This document shows positions 1 to 9,371 of a stretch of DNA of 63,460 nt, one piece after another. The DNA is taken from the NCBI GenBank assembly GCA_007132095.1, contig SLPH01000063.1, positions 1 through 63,460 on the forward strand, read 5' to 3'. Positions within the stretch are counted from its first letter, which is position 1. Every line of letters starts with the position of its first letter. Source of the DNA: Syntrophomonadaceae bacterium. Lineage in GTDB: Bacteria; Bacillota; Dethiobacteria; DTU022. Below the pieces are notes generated by a model. That model ran no database searches, was not told where the DNA came from, and worked only from the letters and a program-made list of their open reading frames with translations. The position numbers and the translations under genes are program-made.

Positions 1-13
1 TAACAGCGCCGTT

Positions 14-565
14 TTAACGGCGCTGTACAGAAGCTTTCTTCGTCGGGGGTCCGTCACGATTTATCCAGACCGCCTGCCTGGCGGAATCGTACATAACCCA
101 GGCATAGACGGCTATTAAACCAATACCGCGTGTAAAGAACCAGGCTGCCACAGCAACAAGAAACCAGATCACGCCCTTGTTGAAAAGGCCAAGGTACATG
201 TAGCCCGCCCCCGGAAAGATCAGGTTAAGCAAACAGGTCAAGATAGGGTCTTTACGGAACCGGGTTTTCTCTTTTCGCTCTGAAGAGGCCTCCATTCCAA
301 CCGCTTCGCTGTCTAAAACGGTGCGGCAGTAACGGCACTTTACAGCAAAACCGACCACTTTTTCGCCACAATTGGGGCAGCGTTTGCGTTCAAGCCTTTC
401 ATCGCCCTTTTCGAAGTCAGGCTTTCCGCCGCAGCCATCAGTGCTGCAGCCGCCCGATTTTTCCCAGCATGCTGAATGATAGTTAGACATGCAGAGCCGA
501 CAGCGAACCGACATCTCTCCCGGCTTTATATCCTGACCACAGGCACTGCAGTATTTTTCTTTCAT
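14..565 (-). CDS. zinc-ribbon membrane protein, function unknown
   Basis: 183-aa ORF. ATG at 565 has AAGGAGG 8 nt upstream. Two CxxC...CxxC ribbons (CSACG..CRLC, CPNCG..CRYC). Hydrophobic C-terminal half (LNLIFPGAGYMYLG, WFLVAVAAWFF). Confidence 0.7.
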   Translation of the reverse strand: MKEKYCSACGQDIKPGEMSVRCRLCMSNYHSACWEKSGGCSTDGCGGKPDFEKGDERLERKRCPNCGEKVVGFAVKCRYCRTVLDSEAVGMEASSERKEKTRFRKDPILTCLLNLIFPGAGYMYLGLFNKGVIWFLVAVAAWFFTRGIGLIAVYAWVMYDSARQAVWINRDGPPTKKASVQRR

Positions 566-679
566 ATAATAAACCTCCTTCTTAATTATAACACAATTCG
601 TCCATGTTTTCGGGCAGGAATAATTTACTTGCCCTTTAGCAGGTTAAGGTTGATAATTATCAACAAGGGGGGAGATTAC

Positions 680-1084
680 ATGGAGAGCCGGGAAGTAGCA
701 AAAGCGGCGATCAGCATAGCGATGACATCCAGCAGGGAAGAAGAAATGGAAATGAAAAAAGAACATTTACAGGGCGGGATCCAGTCCCTGGCGGTAGACT
801 ATGGCGGCGAATTTCTCAGTTCCCTGCAAAAAGTGGTTGAACGGGCCGTGGTAGCCTCAAAGCGTGAAAACATTATCGATGATTCTTCGCATTCTGACGG
901 AGCAGTGGCAGGCGCTACCCGCGAAGCCCTGGCCCAGATCATGCCCAAGGCGCTTGGTCTGAATGTGGGCGGAAAAGTAGGCATTGCCCGTGGCGGAGAA
1001 CACGTTGCGGTAGCCATCTTTTTCGGGATCGGACTGCTCCACCGCAACGATATCGCTATAGGTCTGGGACACCGGGTCGTCTGA
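680..1084 (+). CDS. HutP-family protein (putative RNA-binding antiterminator-like regulator)
   Basis: In-frame ATG at 680 inside ORF 476..1084, with a GGGGGGAG SD just upstream. The 134-aa product has a core (AVAGATREAL...GGKVGIARGGEHVAVAIFFGIGLLH...GLGHRV) that resembles Bacillus HutP. Confidence 0.65.
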   Translation: MESREVAKAAISIAMTSSREEEMEMKKEHLQGGIQSLAVDYGGEFLSSLQKVVERAVVASKRENIIDDSSHSDGAVAGATREALAQIMPKALGLNVGGKVGIARGGEHVAVAIFFGIGLLHRNDIAIGLGHRVV

Positions 1085-1148
1085 TTGATTTATGGAAGGA
1101 ACCAAAAGCCTTTATCTGCTGTCCCTTTAACAAAGGAGGCTGAATAAG

Positions 1149-2117
1149 ATGTCGATAAAAAGAGCGGGTCTGATTGCAACAATTGCCCTGTTAGCCCTGG
1201 CCGGAAGCCTGTTGTTAGTCTCTTGCGCTGCACAGGAGTATGCCGGTTATGACAGTGTTGAGTGGGATGCTCCTGTGGCTGAAGACAGGGCGGCTTATGA
1301 TGATTCAGGTTACTATGCCGAAGAAGCCTACCCTCCCAGCGATGCGGCTGAAGCTTACAAGGTTGAGCCGGGGCAGGCCGGGCCTCGCCGGATCATCCGA
1401 AACGGTTCAATCGAACTTTCTGTGAAAGACACCAAAGAAACCGTAGCTGAAATCCGCCAAATTACGGAAGCGGCAAACGGTTTGATCAGCGAATCTTACA
1501 TCTATGAAACCCGGGATGGTCTCCATCACGGCCACATGACCCTGCGGATTCCTGAAACCCGTTTCGACCTTCTCATGGAACAGCTTGAGGAACTTGGTAA
1601 GGCGGCCAACGTCCAATTCAGTCAGCAGGATGTAACCATGCAGTACGTCGATCTGGAATCAAGGCTGAATAACCAGAAAGCCCAGGAAGAAAGATTAAGA
1701 GAGATCCTGGAGATGGCCGAGAACGTGGAAGAGGTTCTTGAAGTGGAAAGGGAGCTCTACAGGGTCAGGGGCGAGATCGAATCGATGACCGCCCAGTTTA
1801 CCTACCTGCAGGACCAGGTAGCCTATTCAACCATATTGGTGACGCTGCGCGAGGAAAGCATCCCTACAGAGACCATTTCGCCAAGCCCCTTTGAAGATTT
1901 CGGCAGCAGGATTAGCCAGGCTTTAATTGGCAGCATAAACTTTTTACTCCAGGTAATTTCAGTTCTTGCCATTGCCATGGTGGCGTTAATTCCGATAGCA
2001 ATTGTGCTGGCTATTCCGGTCACCCTGATCTGGCTGCTGGTTAGAAAGAGGATCCGGCAAAAACTTGAAGCCCGTGAAAGCAGCGCCCCTTCGGAAGACA
2101 ATCTCAGCAACCGGTAA
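1149..2117 (+). CDS. DUF4349-like lipoprotein
   Basis: Lipoprotein signal with lipobox LLVSC, an acidic linker, a central coiled-coil segment (LESRLNNQKAQEERLREILE) and C-terminal TM helices. SD AAGGAGG lies upstream. Confidence 0.7.
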   Translation: MSIKRAGLIATIALLALAGSLLLVSCAAQEYAGYDSVEWDAPVAEDRAAYDDSGYYAEEAYPPSDAAEAYKVEPGQAGPRRIIRNGSIELSVKDTKETVAEIRQITEAANGLISESYIYETRDGLHHGHMTLRIPETRFDLLMEQLEELGKAANVQFSQQDVTMQYVDLESRLNNQKAQEERLREILEMAENVEEVLEVERELYRVRGEIESMTAQFTYLQDQVAYSTILVTLREESIPTETISPSPFEDFGSRISQALIGSINFLLQVISVLAIAMVALIPIAIVLAIPVTLIWLLVRKRIRQKLEARESSAPSEDNLSNR

Positions 2118-2130
2118 AAAGCGTTAAATA

Positions 2131-2163
2131 AAAGCTGCCCCTCGGGGCAGCTTTGTTATTTTT
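2131..2163 (+). terminator. rho-independent terminator after the DUF4349 gene
   Basis: AAAGCUGCCC-CUCG-GGGCAGCUUU stem-loop followed by GUUAUUUUU. It sits between two convergent genes. Confidence 0.8.
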
Positions 2164-2191
2164 ACGATAGTTTTAAGCCTTACCCAAATGA

Positions 2192-2752
2192 TCAGGATCT
2201 GATCACTTCATCTTCAAGGATATCTTCACGTTCAAAAAGCTCAATCGCTTTTTGGAGGAGTTCAAGCAGCTGCTCGCGCTCGCCTTCCGGAACCCTGGAA
2301 AGGTAGAGAGCCAAAAGCAGGTTGCGTCTTTCTTCAACATCGTTCAAAACTTTGAGCCCTTTAGGAGTAATAGTAATCCAGACCTGCCGCCTGTCCTGTA
2401 CCTGTCGTTCCCGGGTTACGAGATTCATCCGGTGCAGCCTGTTAATAAGGGCCGTAACGGCGCTAAGGGTAACTCCGAGCATATGCGCCAGGTAGGAAGT
2501 ATTGCAGGGATTTTTGCGTAAGGCCCGCAGCACAATATATTGGGTGTCGGTGATCTCATCTACCGTATAGCGGTTAAAAAGCACGCGAACCCTGTAGATC
2601 AGGCGGCTGAAGGCCTGATCAATATCTTTAACATACCTGGTCAGGTTGTCATCCTTAATTATCAAAACCCCGCTATCCTCGCCGTGAACAGGCCATACTG
2701 TACAGGCGCAACAATTAAAGTGTTTAATATTTGCTGTTATAATTAATAACAC
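2192..2752 (-). CDS. MarR-family transcriptional regulator
   Basis: Winged-helix core QYIVLRALRKNPCNTSYLAHMLGVTLSAVTALINRLHRMNLVTRERQVQDRRQVWITITPKG. GTG at 2752 gives a long N-terminal extension. TTG at 2665, with GAGGA upstream, is an alternative start. Confidence 0.8.
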   Translation of the reverse strand: MLLIITANIKHFNCCACTVWPVHGEDSGVLIIKDDNLTRYVKDIDQAFSRLIYRVRVLFNRYTVDEITDTQYIVLRALRKNPCNTSYLAHMLGVTLSAVTALINRLHRMNLVTRERQVQDRRQVWITITPKGLKVLNDVEERRNLLLALYLSRVPEGEREQLLELLQKAIELFEREDILEDEVIRS

Positions 2753-2875
2753 CGAATGGGTAATCGGTCAAGGGAAAGCCTTGTGAATTTTGTTTTCCCA
2801 CAGCTCTGTGTTAGAGTAAAAAAGAGCAAGGCCATTTGCACAACCGGGGTGATCCTGGCAAGGAGGAAAAAGGCC

Positions 2876-4441
2876 GTGTTTCCCAGTAAATTCTTAACGT
2901 CAGAACATCTAAAAAACCTGCTGATTCCCGCAGCAGCCGGAGTAGTTTGCATTGCCGCTTTTCCGCCTCTTGATTTCGGGTTCCTGGCCTGGCTTGCGCT
3001 GCTCCCTTTGCTCTACATAGTTTTTCAGGTCAGCCCGCGTCGCGCCTTTTGGGCAGGCTTTTCATTCGGGCTCCCCCTCCATCTTTATCTCAATCTTTAC
3101 CTTGCCGAGGTCCTGCTCCCCTATCTCCCGGGCTGGCTGGCCCTGACGGCCCTGGCAGCCATTGTGATTTATACCAGCCTTTTCAACGCCCTCTTCGCAT
3201 GGTCTGCCTCCCTTGTAAAGCGCTTTGCCCCTCCTTTATTCACCATAACCGCCATTCCGGCCCTTTGGCTGGTGATGGAATATATGCGTTCTATCGGTTT
3301 CATGGCCTACAACAACGGTTACCTGGGTTATACGCAGTGGGGTTATCCATTTATTTTGAACCTGACTGCAACCTATGGATACTGGGGGCTCCCTTTCATA
3401 ATGCTCTTGTTCCAAACCCTGATTTGCCATTACATTATGGAACCGTCCATGAAAAAAGCAGCCGGGAGAGCGGCCGCTTTGCTTGCTCTTCTGGCAGCAG
3501 TCGGCCTGGCCCTGCCTGAATTTAGCCGGGTTGAAGAAGCAGGGCGAAAGCCGCTGGATATCCTGCTCATACAGGGCAACTCAGCTGCCGGGGATGTTTT
3601 GCTGCAAGCCGGTAAAGAAGATATTTTACAAGATTACCTGGAGCTGACAATGGAAGCGGCAAGCTTAAGCAGCGGCACCGAGTTAATTGTCTGGCCGGAA
3701 ACCGTAGTCGATCTCTCTTACACCAACAGTCCCGAGCATCGTAAGGCAATGTCTGAGGCGGCCGTTGAACTGGAAGCAGCTTTCCTCTACGGAGCCAGGG
3801 TTCGCACACCTGATCATCTTTATAACTCTATCGCCCTGCTCCAACCGGGAAAGGAAGAGGTTCCCATGTATCATAAGCATCGCCTGGTCCCTTTCGTGGA
3901 GTATTTCCCTTATGACAAACTGCTCAACCAAATTCTACAGCTCGATTTGCTGCTCGGCAGCTATACAGCCGGAGAAGAGATAACTATATTCAACCTTGAT
4001 GGATTGCCCCTGGCCGGTGTAATCTGTTTTGAGTCTTATTTCGGCGATCATACCCGTCTTTTTGCCGCCGGCAACAGCCGCCACCTCTTTATCCTGACCA
4101 ACGATGCCTGGTTTGGCGACACGATCGGCCTGGAGCAGCACGCCCAGGTGGCCGCAATCAGGGCAGCCGAAAGCGGTATCGGGGTTACCCAGGCAGCAAA
4201 CAGCGGCATTACTATTTCCTTTGATTACCGGGGCAGAGAACTGTTCCGTTCAGAAAAATCGGTCCGGGATTACTTCGCGGTCAGTTTGGATCTGAAAAAG
4301 CGGGCTACTATTTATGCCCGCTTTGGAGATTACTTCCCTGTTTTTTGGACTTTATACCTGTTGGCCGGCATCTTCTATTACAATTTCTACCTGCGGAAGC
4401 GCAATCTTTCTTCGCCGGGTCCGGGAAAACCGGAACTGTAA
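2876..4441 (+). CDS. lnt: apolipoprotein N-acyltransferase
   Basis: Multi-TM N-terminal half plus a CN-hydrolase domain with Lnt-type motifs VWPETV, YHKHRLVPFVEYFP and GVICFESYF. GTG at 2876 is in frame, 9 nt after AGGAGG (2861..2866). The ORF track starts earlier, at 2756. Confidence 0.8.
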   Translation: MFPSKFLTSEHLKNLLIPAAAGVVCIAAFPPLDFGFLAWLALLPLLYIVFQVSPRRAFWAGFSFGLPLHLYLNLYLAEVLLPYLPGWLALTALAAIVIYTSLFNALFAWSASLVKRFAPPLFTITAIPALWLVMEYMRSIGFMAYNNGYLGYTQWGYPFILNLTATYGYWGLPFIMLLFQTLICHYIMEPSMKKAAGRAAALLALLAAVGLALPEFSRVEEAGRKPLDILLIQGNSAAGDVLLQAGKEDILQDYLELTMEAASLSSGTELIVWPETVVDLSYTNSPEHRKAMSEAAVELEAAFLYGARVRTPDHLYNSIALLQPGKEEVPMYHKHRLVPFVEYFPYDKLLNQILQLDLLLGSYTAGEEITIFNLDGLPLAGVICFESYFGDHTRLFAAGNSRHLFILTNDAWFGDTIGLEQHAQVAAIRAAESGIGVTQAANSGITISFDYRGRELFRSEKSVRDYFAVSLDLKKRATIYARFGDYFPVFWTLYLLAGIFYYNFYLRKRNLSSPGPGKPEL

Positions 4442-4467
4442 AAGAGGGCAGGCCTGCCGGGGCCGGC

Positions 4468-5634
4468 TTACCTGAGGAAGCCTTTGATCAGGACGACCGG
4501 AGTGCCCGCATCGGCAGAGCCGCTGACCAGGTCGGCCAAACTGGCCAGGATATCTTCCATCCTCCTCGGGGTGGTGCCTTCCTTCTCCAGGCTGCTCTCC
4601 GGAAGATCCCGGCGGCAGCTCTCTTCCAGGATTGCCTCGATTTCTGAAGCGTTTTTACCCTGTTCATGAAAGCACAAATCGGCCAGATACTTGTACTTGA
4701 CCCCTTCGCGCAAGTGATCGAGTCCTGAAGTAGCCGCAAATGCAGGGCGGGGATCAGCCAGTTCATAAATTCCGCTGGTTGGGTCTTTGTAAGCGCCGTC
4801 GCCATAAATCAGCACTTCAACATCGAGACCTAAAAGGTTTTTTACTTTTTCTTTAATATCATCAACAACCTTCTGCCCGTCGCGGGGAGCAAGTTTCAGT
4901 TTGCCGGCAGCGGACATATTACTGCCCAGCAAGCCCCATTCAGAATATGCTGAACCGCTGTTGCAAACCTGATCAAGTGTGATGCAATTAGCAAATTCTT
5001 CGGCAATGATCTCCCTGGTCATGAAGCGCTGGTGAATATCAGCAGCAATTACCCCGTCAGGGGCAAAATCAAGCGAAGCGAGCGGATCATTACTGAGGAT
5101 GATCACAGGATTTGCGCCTTCTGAAAAAATAGTTTCGCGATAGAGCTCAATATAGTTAACCCCCGTAATGGGGTGCCTGAAATCGGTCCCGGCCAGGTCG
5201 TCTTCTGTGATCAGGTCTTTGCCAATATGGATTGCTCTATCGGAAGGGATGATCTGATTGCCTACTTCATCACAGGGGAAAGATAGCTGTACCACAACTT
5301 CGCCTGCAGGAACTGCCCTTGCTATTCCCTTCAAGATCATGGAAAAGCGGTTTCGACTGGCAATGGGAAATATTACAGAAACCCGGCTGTGAGGCGATAA
5401 TGATAGTTTCTCTTTAATTTCCCGGGCAATATCATCGAGAGTAACATAGTTGTCCTGGGCCCTGGCTACGATCGATTCGGTCACGCAGACAACATCGCCA
5501 TCGGCCAGCAGGCCGTCCCGGTGACAGCGGGAAAGCGCTTCATATACTACTTCAACTACGTCCATTCCAGGCAGAACCACACCCATCCTCAGGCCAAATG
5601 CCATCGGCCCCAGGTAATCGGGGAATTTAATCAT
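4468..5634 (-). CDS. CofE-like (F420-0:gamma-glutamyl ligase family) protein
   Basis: 388 aa. N-terminal GDVVCVTESIVARAQ, central GLLGSNMSAAGKLKLAPRD and C-terminal GTTPRR...ADLVSGSADAGTPVVLIKG resemble the CofE/COG1478 fold. SD AGGAGG upstream. Confidence 0.6.
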   Translation of the reverse strand: MIKFPDYLGPMAFGLRMGVVLPGMDVVEVVYEALSRCHRDGLLADGDVVCVTESIVARAQDNYVTLDDIAREIKEKLSLSPHSRVSVIFPIASRNRFSMILKGIARAVPAGEVVVQLSFPCDEVGNQIIPSDRAIHIGKDLITEDDLAGTDFRHPITGVNYIELYRETIFSEGANPVIILSNDPLASLDFAPDGVIAADIHQRFMTREIIAEEFANCITLDQVCNSGSAYSEWGLLGSNMSAAGKLKLAPRDGQKVVDDIKEKVKNLLGLDVEVLIYGDGAYKDPTSGIYELADPRPAFAATSGLDHLREGVKYKYLADLCFHEQGKNASEIEAILEESCRRDLPESSLEKEGTTPRRMEDILASLADLVSGSADAGTPVVLIKGFLR

Positions 5635-5646
5635 TTATATCGCCTC

Positions 5647-6288
5647 CTATTTTTCCGTACCCGGGCAGACTTCGGCACGCAGGCCGAGCAGAGCCTCATA
5701 ATCCTTCCAGGTATTAATATTCGTAAAAGACAGCTGGGCCGGATCGAAACGGGCAATCTCTTCTTCTTCGATCCGCCTGATCGCTACCTGTTCATAAAAA
5801 GAGGTGACCTTAAAATTACCGGAGGTAAAAACATTTTCTATTTCCTGAATGCAGCGGCGGCTGTAAAAGGCATGGAGCGGTTGATAGTAGGTGCCCACGC
5901 AGGGGACTACAGCATCGTAAGCCGGAGCATAGCGGGACATGTATGCTATTAACTGCAGGTTCAGCATGGGCATGTCGCATGCGGCAAAAAACTGGTAAGG
6001 CAGGTCTGAAGCGCTCAACCCGGCGTGGATGCCCCGCAGGGGGCTTTTTTCTTTCTGACCGATCAGGTCAGAGGCAAGCTTAACCGGCAGATGGCTGTAT
6101 AATTCCTGGCGGTCGGTAACAATAGTAATTTCAGAAAACATGGCTCCAAGATGGCTGACCATATGCTCGATCAGGGTTTTTTCGCCATAAGTAAGCAGGG
6201 CCTTGGGGCGGCCAAGCCTTTTGCTGTCGCCACCGGCCAGGATCACTGCACCGGTGCGGTTCTCTTCTATGCTATCTTTATTTACCAT
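5647..6288 (-). CDS. mobA: molybdenum cofactor guanylyltransferase (MobA-like NTP transferase)
   Basis: N-terminal GAVILAGGDSKRLGRPKALL motif, then SPLRGIHAGL, ACDMPML and NINTWKDY. 213 aa. Confidence 0.75.
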   Translation of the reverse strand: MVNKDSIEENRTGAVILAGGDSKRLGRPKALLTYGEKTLIEHMVSHLGAMFSEITIVTDRQELYSHLPVKLASDLIGQKEKSPLRGIHAGLSASDLPYQFFAACDMPMLNLQLIAYMSRYAPAYDAVVPCVGTYYQPLHAFYSRRCIQEIENVFTSGNFKVTSFYEQVAIRRIEEEEIARFDPAQLSFTNINTWKDYEALLGLRAEVCPGTEK

Positions 6289-6319
6289 TTTTTTGAACCA
6301 CCGTCCAACTCAAGTCACT

Positions 6320-7054
6320 TTAAAGGTTTTCCCGTTCCTTATTGCGCTTACGTTCGCTGATCAAGACCATCAGGATTCCAAGCTCATAAAGTAACGTCAG
6401 GGGTATAATCAAGATTAACTGCGATATAATATCCGGCGGTGTAATAACCGCTGAAAGCAGCAGCAGGATTAAAACAGCAACCTTGCGGTGTTTTCGTAAA
6501 AACTGGGTCGAAATCAAACCCATTTTGCCCAGGGCCCAGGTAAAAAGCGGCAGCTGAAAGACAAGGCCTATGGCCATGTGAAAGGAGAAGATAAACGAAA
6601 TATATTCGCTTACCGTAAACCTGGGTTCAAGTTCCCCGGCGGCAAACCGGAGAAAAAAGAAAAGCGTAAACGGATAAGCTATGTAATAGGCAAAAAACAC
6701 TCCTGCGCTGAATAGAATCAGGATGCCTAAAATGACACCCACGTAGAATTTTTTTTCGCCCCCTGTTAAGCCCGGAAAGATAAACGCGGATATTTCATAG
6801 ATGATAACCGGAGATGATAATATTAAACCGCTGATAAATGCCAGGCGCAGGTTGGCGACAAAAGCTTCAGGCGGAGAAAGGTAAATTAGTTTAAGCCCTT
6901 CGAGCGGGATTGTCAGCAGTCCCCTGATCGGCTCTATATTGGCAAAACAAAAAATTGCCGCAACAAGGAAAGCGCCTGCCGATATTGCTATACGCAGGCG
7001 CAGCTCCACAAAATGCTCAAGTATTGGCATACTGCCATCACTGTTTTTGGCCAC
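6320..7054 (-). CDS. tatC: twin-arginine translocase subunit TatC
   Basis: PILEHFVELRLR N-terminal signature and six predicted TM helices. GTG at 7054; ATG at 7030 is an alternative start. Confidence 0.9.
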   Translation of the reverse strand: MAKNSDGSMPILEHFVELRLRIAISAGAFLVAAIFCFANIEPIRGLLTIPLEGLKLIYLSPPEAFVANLRLAFISGLILSSPVIIYEISAFIFPGLTGGEKKFYVGVILGILILFSAGVFFAYYIAYPFTLFFFLRFAAGELEPRFTVSEYISFIFSFHMAIGLVFQLPLFTWALGKMGLISTQFLRKHRKVAVLILLLLSAVITPPDIISQLILIIPLTLLYELGILMVLISERKRNKERENL

Positions 7055-7138
7055 CTCAGCTAAGAACCCTCCCGGGGCTGCCGCCGGTGCACTTACAAGC
7101 CCTCAGGCATTTCGAACTCCCTGACGGGAGATTATGCC

Positions 7139-7327
7139 TTACTTTTTAGAATCAGAGTCCGGGGCAGCAGAGTCGTCCGATTCCGAGCCGCTCTTCAGGC
7201 CATCCTTGAGTTCAACTACACTTCTGCCGATAGCTTTAGCCAGTTCGGGCAGTTTTTTTGAGCCGAAGATCAGTAAAAGAATGGCCAGTATTGCCACTAT
7301 TTCCCATATGCCAAATCTACCAAACAT
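7139..7327 (-). CDS. tatA: twin-arginine translocase TatA/E family protein
   Basis: MFGRFGIWEIVAILAILLLIFGSKKLPELAKAIG is a typical TatA TM helix plus amphipathic helix. SD GAGGAGG upstream. Confidence 0.9.
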   Translation of the reverse strand: MFGRFGIWEIVAILAILLLIFGSKKLPELAKAIGRSVVELKDGLKSGSESDDSAAPDSDSKK

Positions 7328-7510
7328 CCCTGTTCCTCCTCAAATGGGAATCGTCTTGCCGTATGTTACCACCCTGTATTGTAACACATTAAGCTTGATC
7401 CAGTAAAACCGGCCGCCTCTTCTGCCCAGGCTAAAGCATACAGGCTTTTCGCCAGGCCACGATTGGGGCAGCGTTAAAAGCTAAACGCACCTAACCGGAT
7501 CCGGAATATA

Positions 7511-7708
7511 TCAGCCCGAGTCTTTTGTTTCACTACTGTCATCATCAAGGCTGATTGAATCCTTTAAATCACTGGTTGCTTTTTTAAACTCCTTAAGCCC
7601 CTTACCAATAGAACGCCCCAGTTCGGGCAGCTTGGAAGGGCCAAATATAATCAAAGCCACTGACAGGACTAATAATATTTCCCAAATCCCTATTTTTGAG
7701 CCAATCAT
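7511..7708 (-). CDS. tatA: twin-arginine translocase TatA/E family protein (second paralogue)
   Basis: [46 protein letters not shown] upstream. Confidence 0.9.
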   Translation of the reverse strand: MIGSKIGIWEILLVLSVALIIFGPSKLPELGRSIGKGLKEFKKATSDLKDSISLDDDSSETKDSG

Positions 7709-7860
7709 ATTTATTTCACCTCCGCGAAATTGCAGTAGCAGGCTGTATACTTCAAACGCTTTGCGGTTTCCATTATAGCCTAGTTAGCCATTTTTTGCGA
7801 GATCAACTTTTTTCGATCAATCCCGGAGGAGGCATATCATTTTATCGCTTCAAGCCGGTT

Positions 7861-8844
7861 TTATTCCCGGCCTGATAATTTTAGTGCCACAAAAAGAGCC
7901 GGGGCTCCAAGGGTCGCCCAAAGACCGCCCAGCGCGTAGCGGATAAAACCCAGGTATGTAACAGCTGAAGGCAACAGGCCGCCCAACCCGATAATTATGC
8001 CGAAAAGTACAGCTAACCCCAGCAGCGATTTGAGAACCTGCTTAACGAAGGGAGCTGATGTTCGGGCGCGTACTTTTTGTCTTTCCAGGACGTAACCGAC
8101 AGAAATACCGGAGAGGTAGCCAAGAATTTTTGGCGGGTCTGCGCCAGGCAAGACTGTAACCAGGATCAGCGGAATAATAATCGCAGCAGTTATAAGCACA
8201 GGTGCGGCAAGTTTCTCCGCCAGCCCTTTTTCATAGATAACACTGCTTGACCAGAGAAAGAAAAGCAGGAAAGGGATCCCGAAAGCAAGCCCGCCGATGA
8301 CATCGCCCAGGAAATGATAACCCAGGGTAAGGCGGGAAAAACCGATCAAAACCACAGCAACAAAAAACCAGATCCAGTAAACCTTTTTATTCAACCTGGC
8401 TGCTATATAGCCCCATACCGTTACAGCGGTAAGAGTGTGACCGCTTGGGAAAGCGTAACTACCCGCAGGGTGGATTACCCCCTCGATAGGCGGACGCTCA
8501 AGCATGGTCAAATCCTTAATTAAATTGCTGTATGTTGCAGATGTTAGCAGCATGAATGCGCTCCAGAAACCAAGAGTTTTACTGACGCACCACAACAGGA
8601 CCGAAAAAAATATCATGAAAAACTGATCATCGCCAAGAAATGTAAAACCCCTGAAGAAATACTCAACCGGAGTACTGCTCCAACCAACAAGGGTCTGGAT
8701 AAAAACTGTGCTGCGCGTTTGCGGCCAGGCCAGTATAAGAATCAGGGCCGAAAGCGCCGTAACCAGCCAACAGGCAAGGATCCAGAATTTTTCACGTCCC
8801 GGGTCCCGGGAAAAGTAGGGCCTCGTAACGGGGGAAATGTTCAT
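7861..8844 (-). CDS. PAP2-family membrane phosphatase
   Basis: The three PAP2 motifs KDLTMLERPP, FPSGHT and SRLTLGYHFLGDV, flanked by many TM helices. SD GAGGAGG upstream. Confidence 0.8.
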   Translation of the reverse strand: MNISPVTRPYFSRDPGREKFWILACWLVTALSALILILAWPQTRSTVFIQTLVGWSSTPVEYFFRGFTFLGDDQFFMIFFSVLLWCVSKTLGFWSAFMLLTSATYSNLIKDLTMLERPPIEGVIHPAGSYAFPSGHTLTAVTVWGYIAARLNKKVYWIWFFVAVVLIGFSRLTLGYHFLGDVIGGLAFGIPFLLFFLWSSSVIYEKGLAEKLAAPVLITAAIIIPLILVTVLPGADPPKILGYLSGISVGYVLERQKVRARTSAPFVKQVLKSLLGLAVLFGIIIGLGGLLPSAVTYLGFIRYALGGLWATLGAPALFVALKLSGRE

Positions 8845-8878
8845 TTTCTCTCCTCCTCAGCGGCATAGCTGCCCTTTA

Positions 8879-9100
8879 TCAATCTAAATCATCCAGCAGT
8901 TTTTGGGCCTGATCAAGGAATGCTGCCGGGACCAAAACCTGCACTTCCGGGGCCAGCCCGCCGATAACCCTCATCGCCCCGGTGTAGGGACTGCTATCCC
9001 TTTTGTCAGCAGGAATTCCGGCTTCCCGTAAAAACCCGCATACAATATCTGCTTCAACATCGTTAGCCGTTTCCACCAGCAAGACCCAGTTTTCATTCAT
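8879..9100 (-). CDS. DUF2007-like small protein (putative signal-transducing domain)
   Basis: WVLLVETANDVEADIVCGFLREAGIP pattern. ATG at 9100 chosen over TTG at 9124, which has no SD. Confidence 0.5.
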   Translation of the reverse strand: MNENWVLLVETANDVEADIVCGFLREAGIPADKRDSSPYTGAMRVIGGLAPEVQVLVPAAFLDQAQKLLDDLD

Positions 9101-9312
9101 CCTATCCCGCCTGCTTTCTGCCAAAAATAGTATGGCAATTCCAGTTAGACTTATATTCTCTGCCGGCGTTGCATACTCCTGCCCGGTTCAATCGGCCCGG
9201 GCCTGTTTAAAGATGCTCTTTAGAAGGCGCCGGTTCAATGTTCCACTCTTTGCAAAACCTGAGCTGCAGGCAAAAGTTAACCTGCGATGATCCGCTGAAG
9301 CTTCCTGCATAT

Positions 9313-9341
9313 TTGACTGGCTCGACGTTCAGGTCTATGAT
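9313..9341 (+). promoter_or_regulatory. sigma-A-type promoter for queG
   Basis: TTGACT, 17 nt, TATGAT. Located 30 nt upstream of ATG 9372. Confidence 0.55.
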
Positions 9342-9371
9342 GAAATCAGCAACCGGGAGGAGAAGCTGCCA

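Noticed and set aside
4-25. An 8-bp GC hairpin (CAGCGCCG/CGGCGCTG) at the window edge, overlapping the stop of the first gene.
   Set aside because: It could be that gene's terminator, but the expected U-tract would lie outside the window, so it cannot be assessed.
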